Below, one piece after another: positions 45,386-55,598 of a DNA stretch of 64,000 nt. Source of the DNA: a virus. The stretch covers positions 6,541 to 70,540 of IMG/VR virus record IMGVR_UViG_3300034760_000060; one strand, given 5' to 3'. Below the pieces are notes generated by a model. The model ran no database searches and was not told where the DNA came from. It was given only the letters and a program-made list of their open reading frames with translations. The position numbers and the translations under genes are program-made. The stretch's first letter is position 1, and every line of letters begins with the position of its first letter.

Positions 45386-45783
45386 GCCAGATAAAAATCC
45401 GGGCCGCGCTGGAAACGGCGCTGGCCAGCATCGTGCCGCCCATCGACACCGCGAATCAGAACTTCCCTTACACGCCGGTGACCGGGCAGCCGTATCAGGC
45501 CGTCTACCTGCTGCCTGCGCAGCCGAACAACTGGGCCATGGGCGACGCGTCGCGGCAAGAGCGCGGCATCTTCCAGATCAGCCTGCAATACCCAACAGGG
45601 CAGGGGCCGACCGCCGCCGGCGCGCGCGCCGAAACGATCCGGGCCCTATTTCACCGCGGCGCCAGCTTCACGAAGGATGGCATCACGGTCCAGGTCGAAC
45701 GCACGCCAGAGATTGGTGAGGGCCGCGAGGACAACGGGCGCTGGATGCTGCCCGTACGCATCCGGTACTTCTGCAACCTGTAA
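45382..45783 (+). CDS. Tail terminator protein
   Basis: GIFQISLQYPTGQG motif; position before the tail tube gene. Confidence 0.8.
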   Translation: MSQIKIRAALETALASIVPPIDTANQNFPYTPVTGQPYQAVYLLPAQPNNWAMGDASRQERGIFQISLQYPTGQGPTAAGARAETIRALFHRGASFTKDGITVQVERTPEIGEGREDNGRWMLPVRIRYFCNL

Positions 45784-45849
45784 CAAGAACCACCCAACAC
45801 AGATCGCCTCGGCGGTCTTTTTTTTCGACCAAAGAAAGGCAATCCCATC

Positions 45850-47055
45850 ATGGCAACAACCGCAAACGGCATCGACACCTTAGTCGTCATCGGCAAACAG
45901 TCGGCCGAGGGCGTCAAGGCCCTGGCTCCCAACGGACGCTTCTACCCGCGCGTGACCGGCACCTTCGATACCGACGCCGACAAGTACAGCTCGAACGAGA
46001 TCGATCCGTCGCAGCAAATGACGGACACCAGGCTGGGCAATTTTCGCGTCAGCGGCGACATCAAGGGCGAAGCATCCTGCGGCGCCTATTCGTTGCTGAT
46101 GGCCGCGCTACTGCGCCGCGACTTCACCGTCGGCGGCGTCACCACCGCGCAGATCACCATCTCGTCGGCTGCAGGCGGCCTGACCCGTTCGGCCGGCTCC
46201 TGGCTGGCGGATGGGCACCGCGCCGGTACCGTCGTGCGCATCACTGGCTTTGCCACCACTGGCGCCGCAAACAACGGCAAGAACTTTTTCGTCACCGGAG
46301 TCACCGCCCTGGTGCTGACGGGCCAGTTCATGGACGCCTCGGCAATGACGGTCAAGGCCGCTGGCGACACGGTCACCGTCACCGCGCCAGGTAAGCGCAC
46401 GTTCACGCCGCTCCTGGGCCACACGAAAGACTGGTTCACCGTCGAAGTGCAAGACCCGACGATCTCGGTCAACCGCGCCTTCATCGACCTCATGGTCAGC
46501 AAAATGGATATGGCGGTTCAGCCGAACGGCATGACCAGCTGCGACATCTCGTTCATGGGCAAGCTCGAAGGGCCAACCACGCCGGCCGCGTACTTCACCA
46601 CCCCGGCCGCCGCGCCAACAAACGGCAAGTTCTCCGGCGCCACCGCTCTGCTGTCCGTCAACGGCATTCCGTCGCAGATCTGCACGGGCATGTCGCTCTC
46701 GATCGACGGTCAGGTAAAGATCGATCCGGTCATCGGCAATAAGTACGCGACTGCCGCCTCGCGCGGGAAGGTGATGGGTACCGGCCAGTTCACGGTGCTG
46801 ATGCAAGACGCAGTGTATATCGACTACTTCAAGGCCGAGACCGAAGTGTCCGTGGCCTACGGCATGGCGTCCGACAGCTCGCCGCTGGCCAACGTCATGA
46901 CCCTGGCGATGGGCCGCATCAAGATCACCTCGGCAAAGGTCTCGGACGGCGAGACGAACAAGATCATCACGTGTTCGTTCGATGTACTCAGGTATGTGGG
47001 GGCTGATGCACAACACGAAGGCAGTACGTTAAGTATTCAAGACTCCACCCTCTGA
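45850..47055 (+). CDS. Major tail tube protein
   Basis: 401 aa; YSSNEI...DTRLG...GDI motif; position. Confidence 0.85.
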   Translation: MATTANGIDTLVVIGKQSAEGVKALAPNGRFYPRVTGTFDTDADKYSSNEIDPSQQMTDTRLGNFRVSGDIKGEASCGAYSLLMAALLRRDFTVGGVTTAQITISSAAGGLTRSAGSWLADGHRAGTVVRITGFATTGAANNGKNFFVTGVTALVLTGQFMDASAMTVKAAGDTVTVTAPGKRTFTPLLGHTKDWFTVEVQDPTISVNRAFIDLMVSKMDMAVQPNGMTSCDISFMGKLEGPTTPAAYFTTPAAAPTNGKFSGATALLSVNGIPSQICTGMSLSIDGQVKIDPVIGNKYATAASRGKVMGTGQFTVLMQDAVYIDYFKAETEVSVAYGMASDSSPLANVMTLAMGRIKITSAKVSDGETNKIITCSFDVLRYVGADAQHEGSTLSIQDSTL

Positions 47056-47057
47056 CC

Positions 47058-47606
47058 ATGATCGAGGAATGGAAGTCTGTCGGAGGTGCCGAGGGTGCCT
47101 ACGAAGTCAGCAGCTTGGGCGCCGTCCGATCGCTGGATCGGATGGTGAGCACGTTCAGCAAGACCAGGACGCCAATGAAGCGGCTGCAGCGTGGGCGCGT
47201 CTTGAGGACTTGGTTTGACTGTAACGGCTATGCCGTTGTCTACATCTGCGGGGACGGCCGCCGCGAGGCGATCAATGTGCACAGGATCGTTGCCTTTGCA
47301 TTCTGTGCTACCCGGACAGGTTGTAACGACGTGAACCACATCAATGGCGACAAGGCCTGCAATGCGGCTACAAATCTTGAATGGATGACCCGAAAAGAGA
47401 ATGTGGCTCACGCCATCGACATAGGACTGGTCAGCCGACGTATGCGCATCCTCTCCAAGTCAATTGAGACTGGGGAGCAGGTCGAGTACGAGTCAACCGC
47501 CGCCGCTGCATTAGCACTTGGCAACAAGAACAAGGGCGGCAACATTTCCAGCGCGGCCAACGGCAAATTGAAACAGGCGTACGGCTTTCTCTGGTCGTAC
47601 GTGTAA
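47058..47606 (+). CDS. NUMOD4-HNH endonuclease
   Basis: EEWKSV...YEVSSLGAVRS, VHRIVA...VNHINGDKACNAATNLEW. Confidence 0.9.
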   Translation: MIEEWKSVGGAEGAYEVSSLGAVRSLDRMVSTFSKTRTPMKRLQRGRVLRTWFDCNGYAVVYICGDGRREAINVHRIVAFAFCATRTGCNDVNHINGDKACNAATNLEWMTRKENVAHAIDIGLVSRRMRILSKSIETGEQVEYESTAAAALALGNKNKGGNISSAANGKLKQAYGFLWSYV

Positions 47607-47686
47607 CCGATCAGGGCTACGCGCCCTGTGCTTGGCCCACCTCAGACGTGGGCCTTTTTTATTCCCAAAACAGAAAGCTCAAAACC

Positions 47687-48202
47687 ATGACTAGCGCACA
47701 AAACACTGCACTGAACACCGCTCAAACCATCGCTTCGGTCGGCTTCGACATCTCGAACTTCACCGCGCCCGCCGCCCAAGTCACCTTCAAGGTGCCAGTC
47801 ATGTTCGACGACGACGGCGAGCCCACCCACGGCTTCATCATCGTCGGCAAGAACAGCGACGAGCACCGCAACGAATGGGCTGCCGTGCGCGCAGAAGGCC
47901 GTCAACGCTCGGCCAATCGTCGCACTGCGATCGACGAAACGAAGATCGAGGGCGCCGAAAAGCTGGTCAGCCTCATCGATAGCAACAACAAGCGCCTGGC
48001 CGTTGCTGTGGTGGTCGGTTGGTATGGCTTCACCAGCGCAGGCGCGCCAGCTCCTTTCAACAAGGCGCTGGTCGAGGCGGCTTTCAATAAATACCCAACC
48101 TGGCAGGAGCGCGTGCAGATCGCCATGGAGGACGACGCCAATTTTTTGAAAGTCTCGTCGCAAGCCTCCTTGCCTACGCCGGCCACCAGTTCGGCCGACT
48201 AA
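47687..48202 (+). CDS. Tail assembly chaperone (G-like)
   Basis: Between tail tube and tape measure; ends ...DANFLKV. Confidence 0.8.
   Translation: MTSAQNTALNTAQTIASVGFDISNFTAPAAQVTFKVPVMFDDDGEPTHGFIIVGKNSDEHRNEWAAVRAEGRQRSANRRTAIDETKIEGAEKLVSLIDSNNKRLAVAVVVGWYGFTSAGAPAPFNKALVEAAFNKYPTWQERVQIAMEDDANFLKVSSQASLPTPATSSAD
48142..48148 (+). other. Programmed -1 frameshift slippery site
   Basis: T TTT TTG in frame (AAT TTT TTG); the -1 frame is open to 48504. Confidence 0.8.
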
Positions 48203-48504
48203 AGAAGGCAGGGGACGGCAGCGCCAAAGGCGATCACCTCGACGCCGCGCGCGCCAATCCGTTCTACAAGGCAGCCGCCGCGCCACCGGTGCCGCAGCTG
48301 CCGCCTGAGCTCGAATACATCTGGACCTGGTTCACGCGCTTGAACAAGAGGCGTCAGAACGGCATGGACGTCAATCCGCTGTCGAGCCAGGAGATTCTGG
48401 CTTGGCAAGCCCGGCACCAGATCGCGATGGACCCGTTCGAGCAGGAAGTCATTGACCGCCTGGACGATCTGTTCCTGTACCACCACCACAAGAAAGAAGA
48501 CTAA
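48142..48504 (+). CDS. Frameshifted C-terminal extension of the tail chaperone (GT-like)
   Basis: -1 frame reads FESLVASLLAYAGHQF...PPELEYIWTWF...NG...NPL. Confidence 0.75.
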   Translation, partial: FFESLVASLLAYAGHQFGRLKKAGDGSAKGDHLDAARANPFYKAAAAPPVPQLPPELEYIWTWFTRLNKRRQNGMDVNPLSSQEILAWQARHQIAMDPFEQEVIDRLDDLFLYHHHKKED

Positions 48505-51500
48505 ATGACCGACCTCGTTGAACTGGGAATTGTCGTCAACAGCGCACCCATGAATGAGGGTGCGAAAGCGATGGACGCAATGGGCGATGCCGCGGTTCGG
48601 GTTGAGCCTAAGGTCATTAACACCACAAAGGCGGTGGATGGTCTGAGTGACGCCAGTTCGAAAGTTGGGCGCACCGGGGTTGACGCGACAAAAGTCGTTG
48701 ATGCGCTTGGCGAGGCTTCAGTCAAAGTGGAGCCGAGGGTGGTCGGCGTAACTAAGGCGGTTGATGAACTGAGCACGTCAAGCATCAATGTATGGCGCCG
48801 TGGCACAGAGGCGACCAAGAGCATCGATTCGTTAGGTGAGGCCAGTCAGCGAACAGGGCAGCGCACGGCCGTCAGTAATGGTCAGATGAACGACACGGCC
48901 AAGATCATGCAGGCTCAGGCCGACCAAGCGCGTCAGACCGCCCAGGCGAATGCGGCTTTGGGGCAGTCGACGGACCGGCTGACAGTAGGTCAAAGCGCAT
49001 TTATCGACAGGATGCGCGAGCAAGTCGCTGTGCTGGGAATGAGCCGCACGCAGCTGATGCAGTATCAAGCCGCTCAGCTAGGCGTTACCACGCAAACGCA
49101 AGATCTCATCAACAGGATGAAGCAGTTCGAAGACGCCACGAAAGCCGCGACTGAGGCCAGTAAGGCGGCTGCGGCTGCGAAGGGGCAGCAGGAGAAGTCC
49201 GCAATCTCGCTGACCGGTGCACTGGGCTTGCTATCAGCTGCGTATGGCGCCCTGAAGATCGGCGAGTATGTGAAGGAGTCAGCTCTGCTCGCGGCCCGCT
49301 ACGAAACCCTCGGGGTGGTGATGGAAGTGGTTGGTCGGAATGCCGGCTACACCAAAACCCAAATGATGACGGCGACCCAGGCGATTGCCGCGCAGGGTAT
49401 CACGATGGTCGAATCGCGTGAGTCGGCTGTAAAGCTGGTACAGGCTCACGTGGACCTGAAGCATGCGACCGCGCTGGCGCGCATCGCACAGGACGCGGCC
49501 GTTATCGGTCACATGAATTCCAGCGATGCCTTCGATCGTTTGGTGAACGGTATCGCTCGAGGCAACGTACTGATTTTGCGGAATATCGGTATCAACGTCA
49601 ATCTTCAAAGTGCGTACCGGCAGATGGCCGAAGAGCTTGGAAAGTCGACCAAGGAGCTGACAGAAAACGAGCGTGTGCAAGCTCGTCTGAATGCGGTGCT
49701 GGGGCGTGGTGCAGATATCGCCGGTACCTACGAGGCCGCAATGGGCACCGCCAGCAAGCAGATTACGTCGATGCAGCGCTATATCACCGACTTGAAAACG
49801 GTCGTTGGTGAAGTCGGCCTGGAATTGCTGACGGTATCGGTAATGGCTGTAGGTAAAGGCTTCAAGGACGCCAACTCTGAAATGAAGGGCATGTCCGAGA
49901 ATGGAGATCTGAAGCGCTGGGGCGAGAATCTGACCGATGTTTTTGTTGGCATCGCCAACTCCATCAGCAACGTCATCGTCATGACTAAGCTCGCTGCTGT
50001 CGAGGCAGCACACGCCGTGGGTGCAGGCGGAGGGAAAGGTTTCGCCGCGCCGTCTCCCGATGATTCGCTTGGTAAGAGCCTTAGCAAAAAATGGTTCTCA
50101 CTGTTCGGCGCAAGTACCGCGCAGGGGAATTCGGAGACTGAAAAGGCATATGAGGAGACTATTGCCCAACTATCAGGGCAGCTGAATCGTTTCGACGCAG
50201 CTCTAGGCGAGCGCCGCGCATCAAATCGGGCGAAGGACAAAGCTGAGTTAGACGCCCGTCTGAAGATGGATGCGGATTACGCCAAAGCGGCCACCGAAGT
50301 GCTTATGAAGGCCAAGGACGGGGGTGCCGTAGCACAGGAAGCAGCCCGCAAAAAAGTTGTGGAAATGCACCGCACGATCTACGAGGGCACTCCGACCTAC
50401 CGTGACACCGAAGGCCGGGAGCCGAAGCCCAAGGTAGATCGCGCGGAGAATACCGAAATGACCGATCGCATGGCTCGCATCCAGGATGCGGTCGATGCGG
50501 AAAAGTTATTGTCGCAACACCTGTCTAAAATCGATGACATGCGACACAAGGCCGGCCTCATGAGCGAGGCGGAGTTCTACCAGAACAAGAGGGCATACGC
50601 CGAGGCCAACGCAGCGGATGAGATTGCCGGCTACAGCTCAAAAATCGCAATTCTGCGCGAGCACCATAGCGCGACAAAGGCAGAGGAGGCAAAGCACACC
50701 AAGGAGATCAACGACCTTCTCGGTAAACGGAGCAAAGCCGAACTGGCGGCGCAATACGAGCGGAACGAGTTGGCTCAAGAAGAAATCCTTCGACAGGCTG
50801 CCGTCGAATCTGCATCCGATAATGCGATGAATGCATATCTCTCGGGCTTGGACCGCGAGGCCGAGAAGCTGGAAGCCGCCAATGCTGGGCGCGAGGTCTC
50901 TCTAGCTTCAGTGGAGCGCGAGGAGGTTGCACGCTTGAACCTCGCCATCGCGTACCAGCAGCAATTCATGGCTGAGCAAGCGCTCGGCGGGGCAACTGCC
51001 GAGGAATTGGCGCAGGCGCCCGCCACCCTTAAATACCTGGAAGACCTGCGTGCGAAGCGTGAGCGGATCGCGGTCGGGCTGGAACAGAAGGATACTGACC
51101 AGTATCACAAGAAAGCAGCCGATCGCGCTATTCAAGACTGGGAGCGCGCCGGGAATTCGATCGCGGATAGCCTCTCGAATGCTTTTGGCAAAGGCGGTAA
51201 GGCCATTGGGGGAATGTTCAAGGCTTACTCGACCGGTGTGGCTGGACAGTTGCGTGCCGAGAAAGAACTGGCAGCAGCTAAAAAGCTAACCGACGACAAC
51301 CCGGAGAAGATTCAGGCAATACAGAGCGCCCAGCTCTCCGGGGCTCAGGCACAGCTTAAATCCTACGCGGACATGGGCGAAGCCGCGAAGACCTATTTCA
51401 ATGAAAATTCCCGTGGCTACCAAGCCATGACCGCTGCGGTCGGCGTTATGCGCGCGGCCGAAGTGGCGCTAAGCCTGGTCAAGGGCGTCAACGCGGTGCT

Positions 51501-54500
51501 AACGCAGGGTGGGGGAGACCAATACTCGGCATTTGCCCGCATGGCCGCCATGGCTGCAATTGTCACCGGGCTCGGTGTTGCTCTCAGTGGCGGACTCGGC
51601 GGTGGCAGCAGTGGCGGCAAGAGCGCTGCTGATGTGCAGAAGTCGCAGGGCACCGGTGGCGTGTTTGGCGATATCGGAACGAAGCAGGCAGACGGTTCGA
51701 CCCTGTATGCACAGCAGTCAGAATCGATCAGCCGCTCGCTGGCAATCTTGGAGGACCACAGCGGTAGCTTGATCCCGATCAATCGGGGCATGCTCGCCGC
51801 GTTGCGTTCGATCGAGGCGTCGATGAAGGGGCTGACGAACCTCATCGTGCGCGCGCCGGGCATCACCGAAGGCAGCAACCTCGGGATAAAGACTGGCCAG
51901 CTCAACATCGGCAAGCCGGTCGACGGGATTTCTACCGTCATGACCGAGGTTACAAAAGGGCTGTTTGGCCCTGGCCTTGGCGACAAGATCGCGAGCTTCG
52001 TCAACAACCTGTGGGGCAAGACAAAGCAGTCGATCGTGGACAGCGGCATCCAGTTCGGCGGCAGCGTGCGGGATCTGCAAGGCGGGAAGGGCTATGACCA
52101 GTACGCCAGCGTGGACACCACGAAGTCGAGTTTCTTCGGCCTGAGCAAGAAGACGAGCAACGCTGTGCAAACGGCCGGGCTGGAAGGGGAACTTCCAGCG
52201 CAATTCGGTCTCGTGTTCAAGGGCGTGGAAGGCGCCCTGACGGAGGCGGCAGCAGTGCTCGGCGTTGGCGCTGACCACGTCAAGAAGTCGCTCGATGATC
52301 TGACCATCGACGTCACCAAGATTTCCCTCAAGGGACTGAAGGGTGATGAGTTGACGGCAGCGCTCAACGCTGTGCTGTCGAAGACGATGGACGACATGTC
52401 GGCCGCAGTGTTTCCGGAGATGGACGCCTTCCGTCAGGTCGGCGAGGGCTACACCGAAACCATCGTCCGCCTGGCCTCGAACTACGCCACTCTGGATAAC
52501 GCGCTGACCTCGATCGGTGTGACATTCGGCGCTACGGGTATCAGCAGCCTGCGTGCGCGCGAGGATTTGATCGCCGCTGCGGGTGGCATTGATAAATTCG
52601 CCGAGCAGACCAGCAGCTTCGCCGACAACTTCCTGACCGAGGCCGAACGTCTGGCACCGGTACAGAAGTATGTGAACGAGGAGCTTGCGCGCCTTGGTCG
52701 GGCCGGCATCAAAACCCGCGACGACTTCAAGGCCGCAGTGCTGGGCCTTTCTGAAGGCGGCCAGCTCGCCACCGCGGCGGGTGCTGAACTGTTCAGCGGC
52801 CTCATGGCGATCGAAGGTGCTTTTGCTGCCGTGGTGCCATCGCTCGAAAAAACGAAGACGGCAGCCGAGAAGCTGAGCGAGCGTGAAAGTCTGATTGACC
52901 GACGCGACGATCTCAAGATGACGCCGGAGCAACTGGCAACGAAGAGCCGGAACAAAGTCGACAAGTCGAACTGGGACGTCTACGACGAGGTAGCCGGCTT
53001 GGAGTTGGCGAACAAACTCCGTGGGCTGGAAATTCAGAACATGGAATTGGCTGGCGATAAGTTGGGCGCCTTGGCCGCCACGCGCGCCGACGAAATCAAA
53101 AGCCTTGATCCGGTAACAGCCGAGCTCGTCAAACGGCGCAACGCATTGGAGGATGCGAACACGGCCGCAGCCTTGGCGACGAAAAATCGCGGCATTGAGA
53201 TCCGGAACATGGAGCTGGTGGGGAACAAATCGGCCGCCTTGGCTGCATCCCGGGCCGAGGAAGTGGTCGGGCTGGACGCGTCGACTGCGGCGCTCATCAA
53301 AAATGGTCACGCTCTTCAGGACCAGGCGGCTGCGGCTGCGCTGGCCGTCGGCACGGCAAACACGGCCCTTACCGGGCTGAAGAACTCGGTAGGCTCGCAA
53401 AAAGACATCCTCAACCAGCAATACGACGCGCAGGTCAAAGCTATTAAGGATTCAGCACCGACAGCGGACACCTACAAAGGCCAGATCGACGCGGCGAAGA
53501 AACTGACTGATGCCGTTAAGTCTGTGTTCGACAAGCTTGCTTCTGCGCTTGAATCGACTGAGATTCAGTCGACCGCGATGGACGCGGCGCGCCGGCGTGC
53601 TGCCCAAGATCTTCTGGCGCAGGCTGCCGTTTTCACGCGCGGCGGTGGCACCGGAAATATCGCAGGGCTGGACGAAGCTCTCGATGCGATTTCGAAGCCG
53701 AGCGAGGATATGTTCGCGACCTTCGAGGACTACGCCCGGGACCAGAATCGGGCAAAAGCCTCGCTTGAGGCGCTGCAGTTGAACGCGAAGAAGGAGCTCG
53801 ATTTCGGTCAGTTGACCGTCGAAGGGCTCGAAGCTACGTCCAAGACTATCGATGCAGCGTCGAACGCTCAACTCAAGCTGCTCAGCGATCAACACATCAA
53901 TGACCTGGCCCGCCTGGATGCCATCGTCACGAATGGCCAGAAAGAGCTTGATGCCGTGACCGGTGTGGATACGTCAGTGAGGAGCTTGGCTGACGCCCTC
54001 AAGGAGTTCGCCGCAGCAATCAAAGGTGTGAAGGAAGCGCCGAGTGGACTGTCGGTTGAGGGCCTGTACCAACAGGTTCTCGGCCGCGACGGCGAAAAGG
54101 CGGGCGTCGACTTTTGGAAGAAGGCATACGGCGAAACGGTTGATGGAGGCGAGAAGGCTGACTTTATCAAAAATGCTCAGCCTGAGCTCGATGCCAAGCG
54201 AAACGGCAATTGGGCCGAGTTCCTTCGTTCGCACGGGGTGCCAGGGTATGCCACCGGTGGCGACTTCGGCGGCGGCATGCGCCTGGTCGGCGAGAACGGT
54301 CCTGAGCTTGAGGCAACCGGGCCAGCCCGAATTTTCAACGCTGGACAGACCCGCTCGATGCTGAGCGGCGGCAACCCGGAGTTGCTGGAGGAAGTTCGCC
54401 GGCTGACGGCGACTGTCGCCCGGCAGCAGGTCGCGATCGAGCGTCAGCAGGAAGCGCTCGACAAGACGGCGACGAACACCAAGCGCTTGGCCGACGCCTT

Positions 54501-54552
54501 TGAAACTGTAACCGATGGGAATAATGCCATGCGCACGAAGGAGCAAGCATGA
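48505..54552 (+). CDS. Tape measure protein
   Basis: 2015 aa, Ala-rich helical, C-terminal GYATGG...VGENGPEL. Confidence 0.95.
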   Translation: MTDLVELGIVVNSAPMNEGAKAMDAMGDAAVRVEPKVINTTKAVDGLSDASSKVGRTGVDATKVVDALGEASVKVEPRVVGVTKAVDELSTSSINVWRRGTEATKSIDSLGEASQRTGQRTAVSNGQMNDTAKIMQAQADQARQTAQANAALGQSTDRLTVGQSAFIDRMREQVAVLGMSRTQLMQYQAAQLGVTTQTQDLINRMKQFEDATKAATEASKAAAAAKGQQEKSAISLTGALGLLSAAYGALKIGEYVKESALLAARYETLGVVMEVVGRNAGYTKTQMMTATQAIAAQGITMVESRESAVKLVQAHVDLKHATALARIAQDAAVIGHMNSSDAFDRLVNGIARGNVLILRNIGINVNLQSAYRQMAEELGKSTKELTENERVQARLNAVLGRGADIAGTYEAAMGTASKQITSMQRYITDLKTVVGEVGLELLTVSVMAVGKGFKDANSEMKGMSENGDLKRWGENLTDVFVGIANSISNVIVMTKLAAVEAAHAVGAGGGKGFAAPSPDDSLGKSLSKKWFSLFGASTAQGNSETEKAYEETIAQLSGQLNRFDAALGERRASNRAKDKAELDARLKMDADYAKAATEVLMKAKDGGAVAQEAARKKVVEMHRTIYEGTPTYRDTEGREPKPKVDRAENTEMTDRMARIQDAVDAEKLLSQHLSKIDDMRHKAGLMSEAEFYQNKRAYAEANAADEIAGYSSKIAILREHHSATKAEEAKHTKEINDLLGKRSKAELAAQYERNELAQEEILRQAAVESASDNAMNAYLSGLDREAEKLEAANAGREVSLASVEREEVARLNLAIAYQQQFMAEQALGGATAEELAQAPATLKYLEDLRAKRERIAVGLEQKDTDQYHKKAADRAIQDWERAGNSIADSLSNAFGKGGKAIGGMFKAYSTGVAGQLRAEKELAAAKKLTDDNPEKIQAIQSAQLSGAQAQLKSYADMGEAAKTYFNENSRGYQAMTAAVGVMRAAEVALSLVKGVNAVLTQGGGDQYSAFARMAAMAAIVTGLGVALSGGLGGGSSGGKSAADVQKSQGTGGVFGDIGTKQADGSTLYAQQSESISRSLAILEDHSGSLIPINRGMLAALRSIEASMKGLTNLIVRAPGITEGSNLGIKTGQLNIGKPVDGISTVMTEVTKGLFGPGLGDKIASFVNNLWGKTKQSIVDSGIQFGGSVRDLQGGKGYDQYASVDTTKSSFFGLSKKTSNAVQTAGLEGELPAQFGLVFKGVEGALTEAAAVLGVGADHVKKSLDDLTIDVTKISLKGLKGDELTAALNAVLSKTMDDMSAAVFPEMDAFRQVGEGYTETIVRLASNYATLDNALTSIGVTFGATGISSLRAREDLIAAAGGIDKFAEQTSSFADNFLTEAERLAPVQKYVNEELARLGRAGIKTRDDFKAAVLGLSEGGQLATAAGAELFSGLMAIEGAFAAVVPSLEKTKTAAEKLSERESLIDRRDDLKMTPEQLATKSRNKVDKSNWDVYDEVAGLELANKLRGLEIQNMELAGDKLGALAATRADEIKSLDPVTAELVKRRNALEDANTAAALATKNRGIEIRNMELVGNKSAALAASRAEEVVGLDASTAALIKNGHALQDQAAAAALAVGTANTALTGLKNSVGSQKDILNQQYDAQVKAIKDSAPTADTYKGQIDAAKKLTDAVKSVFDKLASALESTEIQSTAMDAARRRAAQDLLAQAAVFTRGGGTGNIAGLDEALDAISKPSEDMFATFEDYARDQNRAKASLEALQLNAKKELDFGQLTVEGLEATSKTIDAASNAQLKLLSDQHINDLARLDAIVTNGQKELDAVTGVDTSVRSLADALKEFAAAIKGVKEAPSGLSVEGLYQQVLGRDGEKAGVDFWKKAYGETVDGGEKADFIKNAQPELDAKRNGNWAEFLRSHGVPGYATGGDFGGGMRLVGENGPELEATGPARIFNAGQTRSMLSGGNPELLEEVRRLTATVARQQVAIERQQEALDKTATNTKRLADAFETVTDGNNAMRTKEQA

Positions 54553-55598
54553 GCGCGGATTTCCGCATGATCCGGCCGGTCGCAGTGACAGATGTGCGAT
54601 TGATCAGCAGTACCGTTCCGGAGGCACTGGTGCAGGAGTACGCAGGTGCCACCACGTACATTCTCGGCGCTGTGGTCGGGGTTACAACTGGCACACAGCA
54701 GGTCGTTTATCAAGGCCTGCAAGCGAGTAACGGTGGGCACGTTCCCGCCAGTTCGCCCACATGGTGGAAGCTGCTGGGCACGGTGTACGCGCCATACTCG
54801 GCCGGGACGACGTACGCCAAGGGAGATCTCGTATCGAGCGTTGGTGCCGACGTCCATGAACTGTATGAGTCGCAGATCGCGAGCAATGTCGGTCAATCGC
54901 TGGCAGGGAATCCCACCAAGTGGTTGCGGCGCAGCGCGACGAATCGCTGGAACATGTTCGACAAGGCGATCAACTCGCAAACGGTGGCGCCGAACGCCGT
55001 CACCGTCGTGATCAAGCCAGGGGTGGTGGTGAACACCATCACCCTGTTGAACGTCGAGGGCGCGCAGGCATCGATCTCGCAAACGATCAGCGGCTATTCG
55101 CTCATCAAGAGTCTGGTTCGACACGAGGTGCTGAGCTGGTACGACTTTTTTTACGAGGAGCCGATCCGGTCTGGCGATGTCGTTTTCGACGGCATTCCGC
55201 CCTACGCAGCTGCTGAAATCACCATCACGGTCGACAACGCTGGGCTGGACGCTGCCATTGGTGGCTGCTTCGTCGGAAAGTCCCGAACGATCGGCCTCAC
55301 CCAATGGGAGCTGACGGCCGGCGTGCTCAGCTACTCCACCACCACGACCGACACGTTTGGTAACACGACGATGGTGAAGCGGGCGAACGCAAAGCGGATG
55401 AACTTTGACGTGCGCATCCCGGAGGGGTTCGAGAGTGAGGCTTTCCGCTTGCTCACCGAATACACGGACGTTGAAATGGTCTTCATCGCATCGTCGGACT
55501 ACTCCATGACCATCGCCTACGGCTATCTTGGCCAGTGGGAAGTCCCAATCTCAAATAGCGGCCGGGCCGCACCAATCGAAGTACGAGGACTGATATGA
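54549..55598 (+). CDS. Distal tail / tail-tip protein
   Basis: Directly after the TMP; ATNRWNMFD motif; internal W/Y-rich repeats YAGATTY and YSAGTTY. Confidence 0.7.
   Translation: MSADFRMIRPVAVTDVRLISSTVPEALVQEYAGATTYILGAVVGVTTGTQQVVYQGLQASNGGHVPASSPTWWKLLGTVYAPYSAGTTYAKGDLVSSVGADVHELYESQIASNVGQSLAGNPTKWLRRSATNRWNMFDKAINSQTVAPNAVTVVIKPGVVVNTITLLNVEGAQASISQTISGYSLIKSLVRHEVLSWYDFFYEEPIRSGDVVFDGIPPYAAAEITITVDNAGLDAAIGGCFVGKSRTIGLTQWELTAGVLSYSTTTTDTFGNTTMVKRANAKRMNFDVRIPEGFESEAFRLLTEYTDVEMVFIASSDYSMTIAYGYLGQWEVPISNSGRAAPIEVRGLI

Noticed and set aside
48560-48860. About 18-aa pseudo-repeats (TK.VD.L.EAS) at the TMP N-terminus
   Set aside because: Periodic helical repeats are ordinary for tape measure proteins
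48832-55304. Long antisense ORFs opposite the tape measure gene (e.g. 51718-53421)
   Set aside because: Shadow frames expected from GC-rich codon bias; no RBS or motifs
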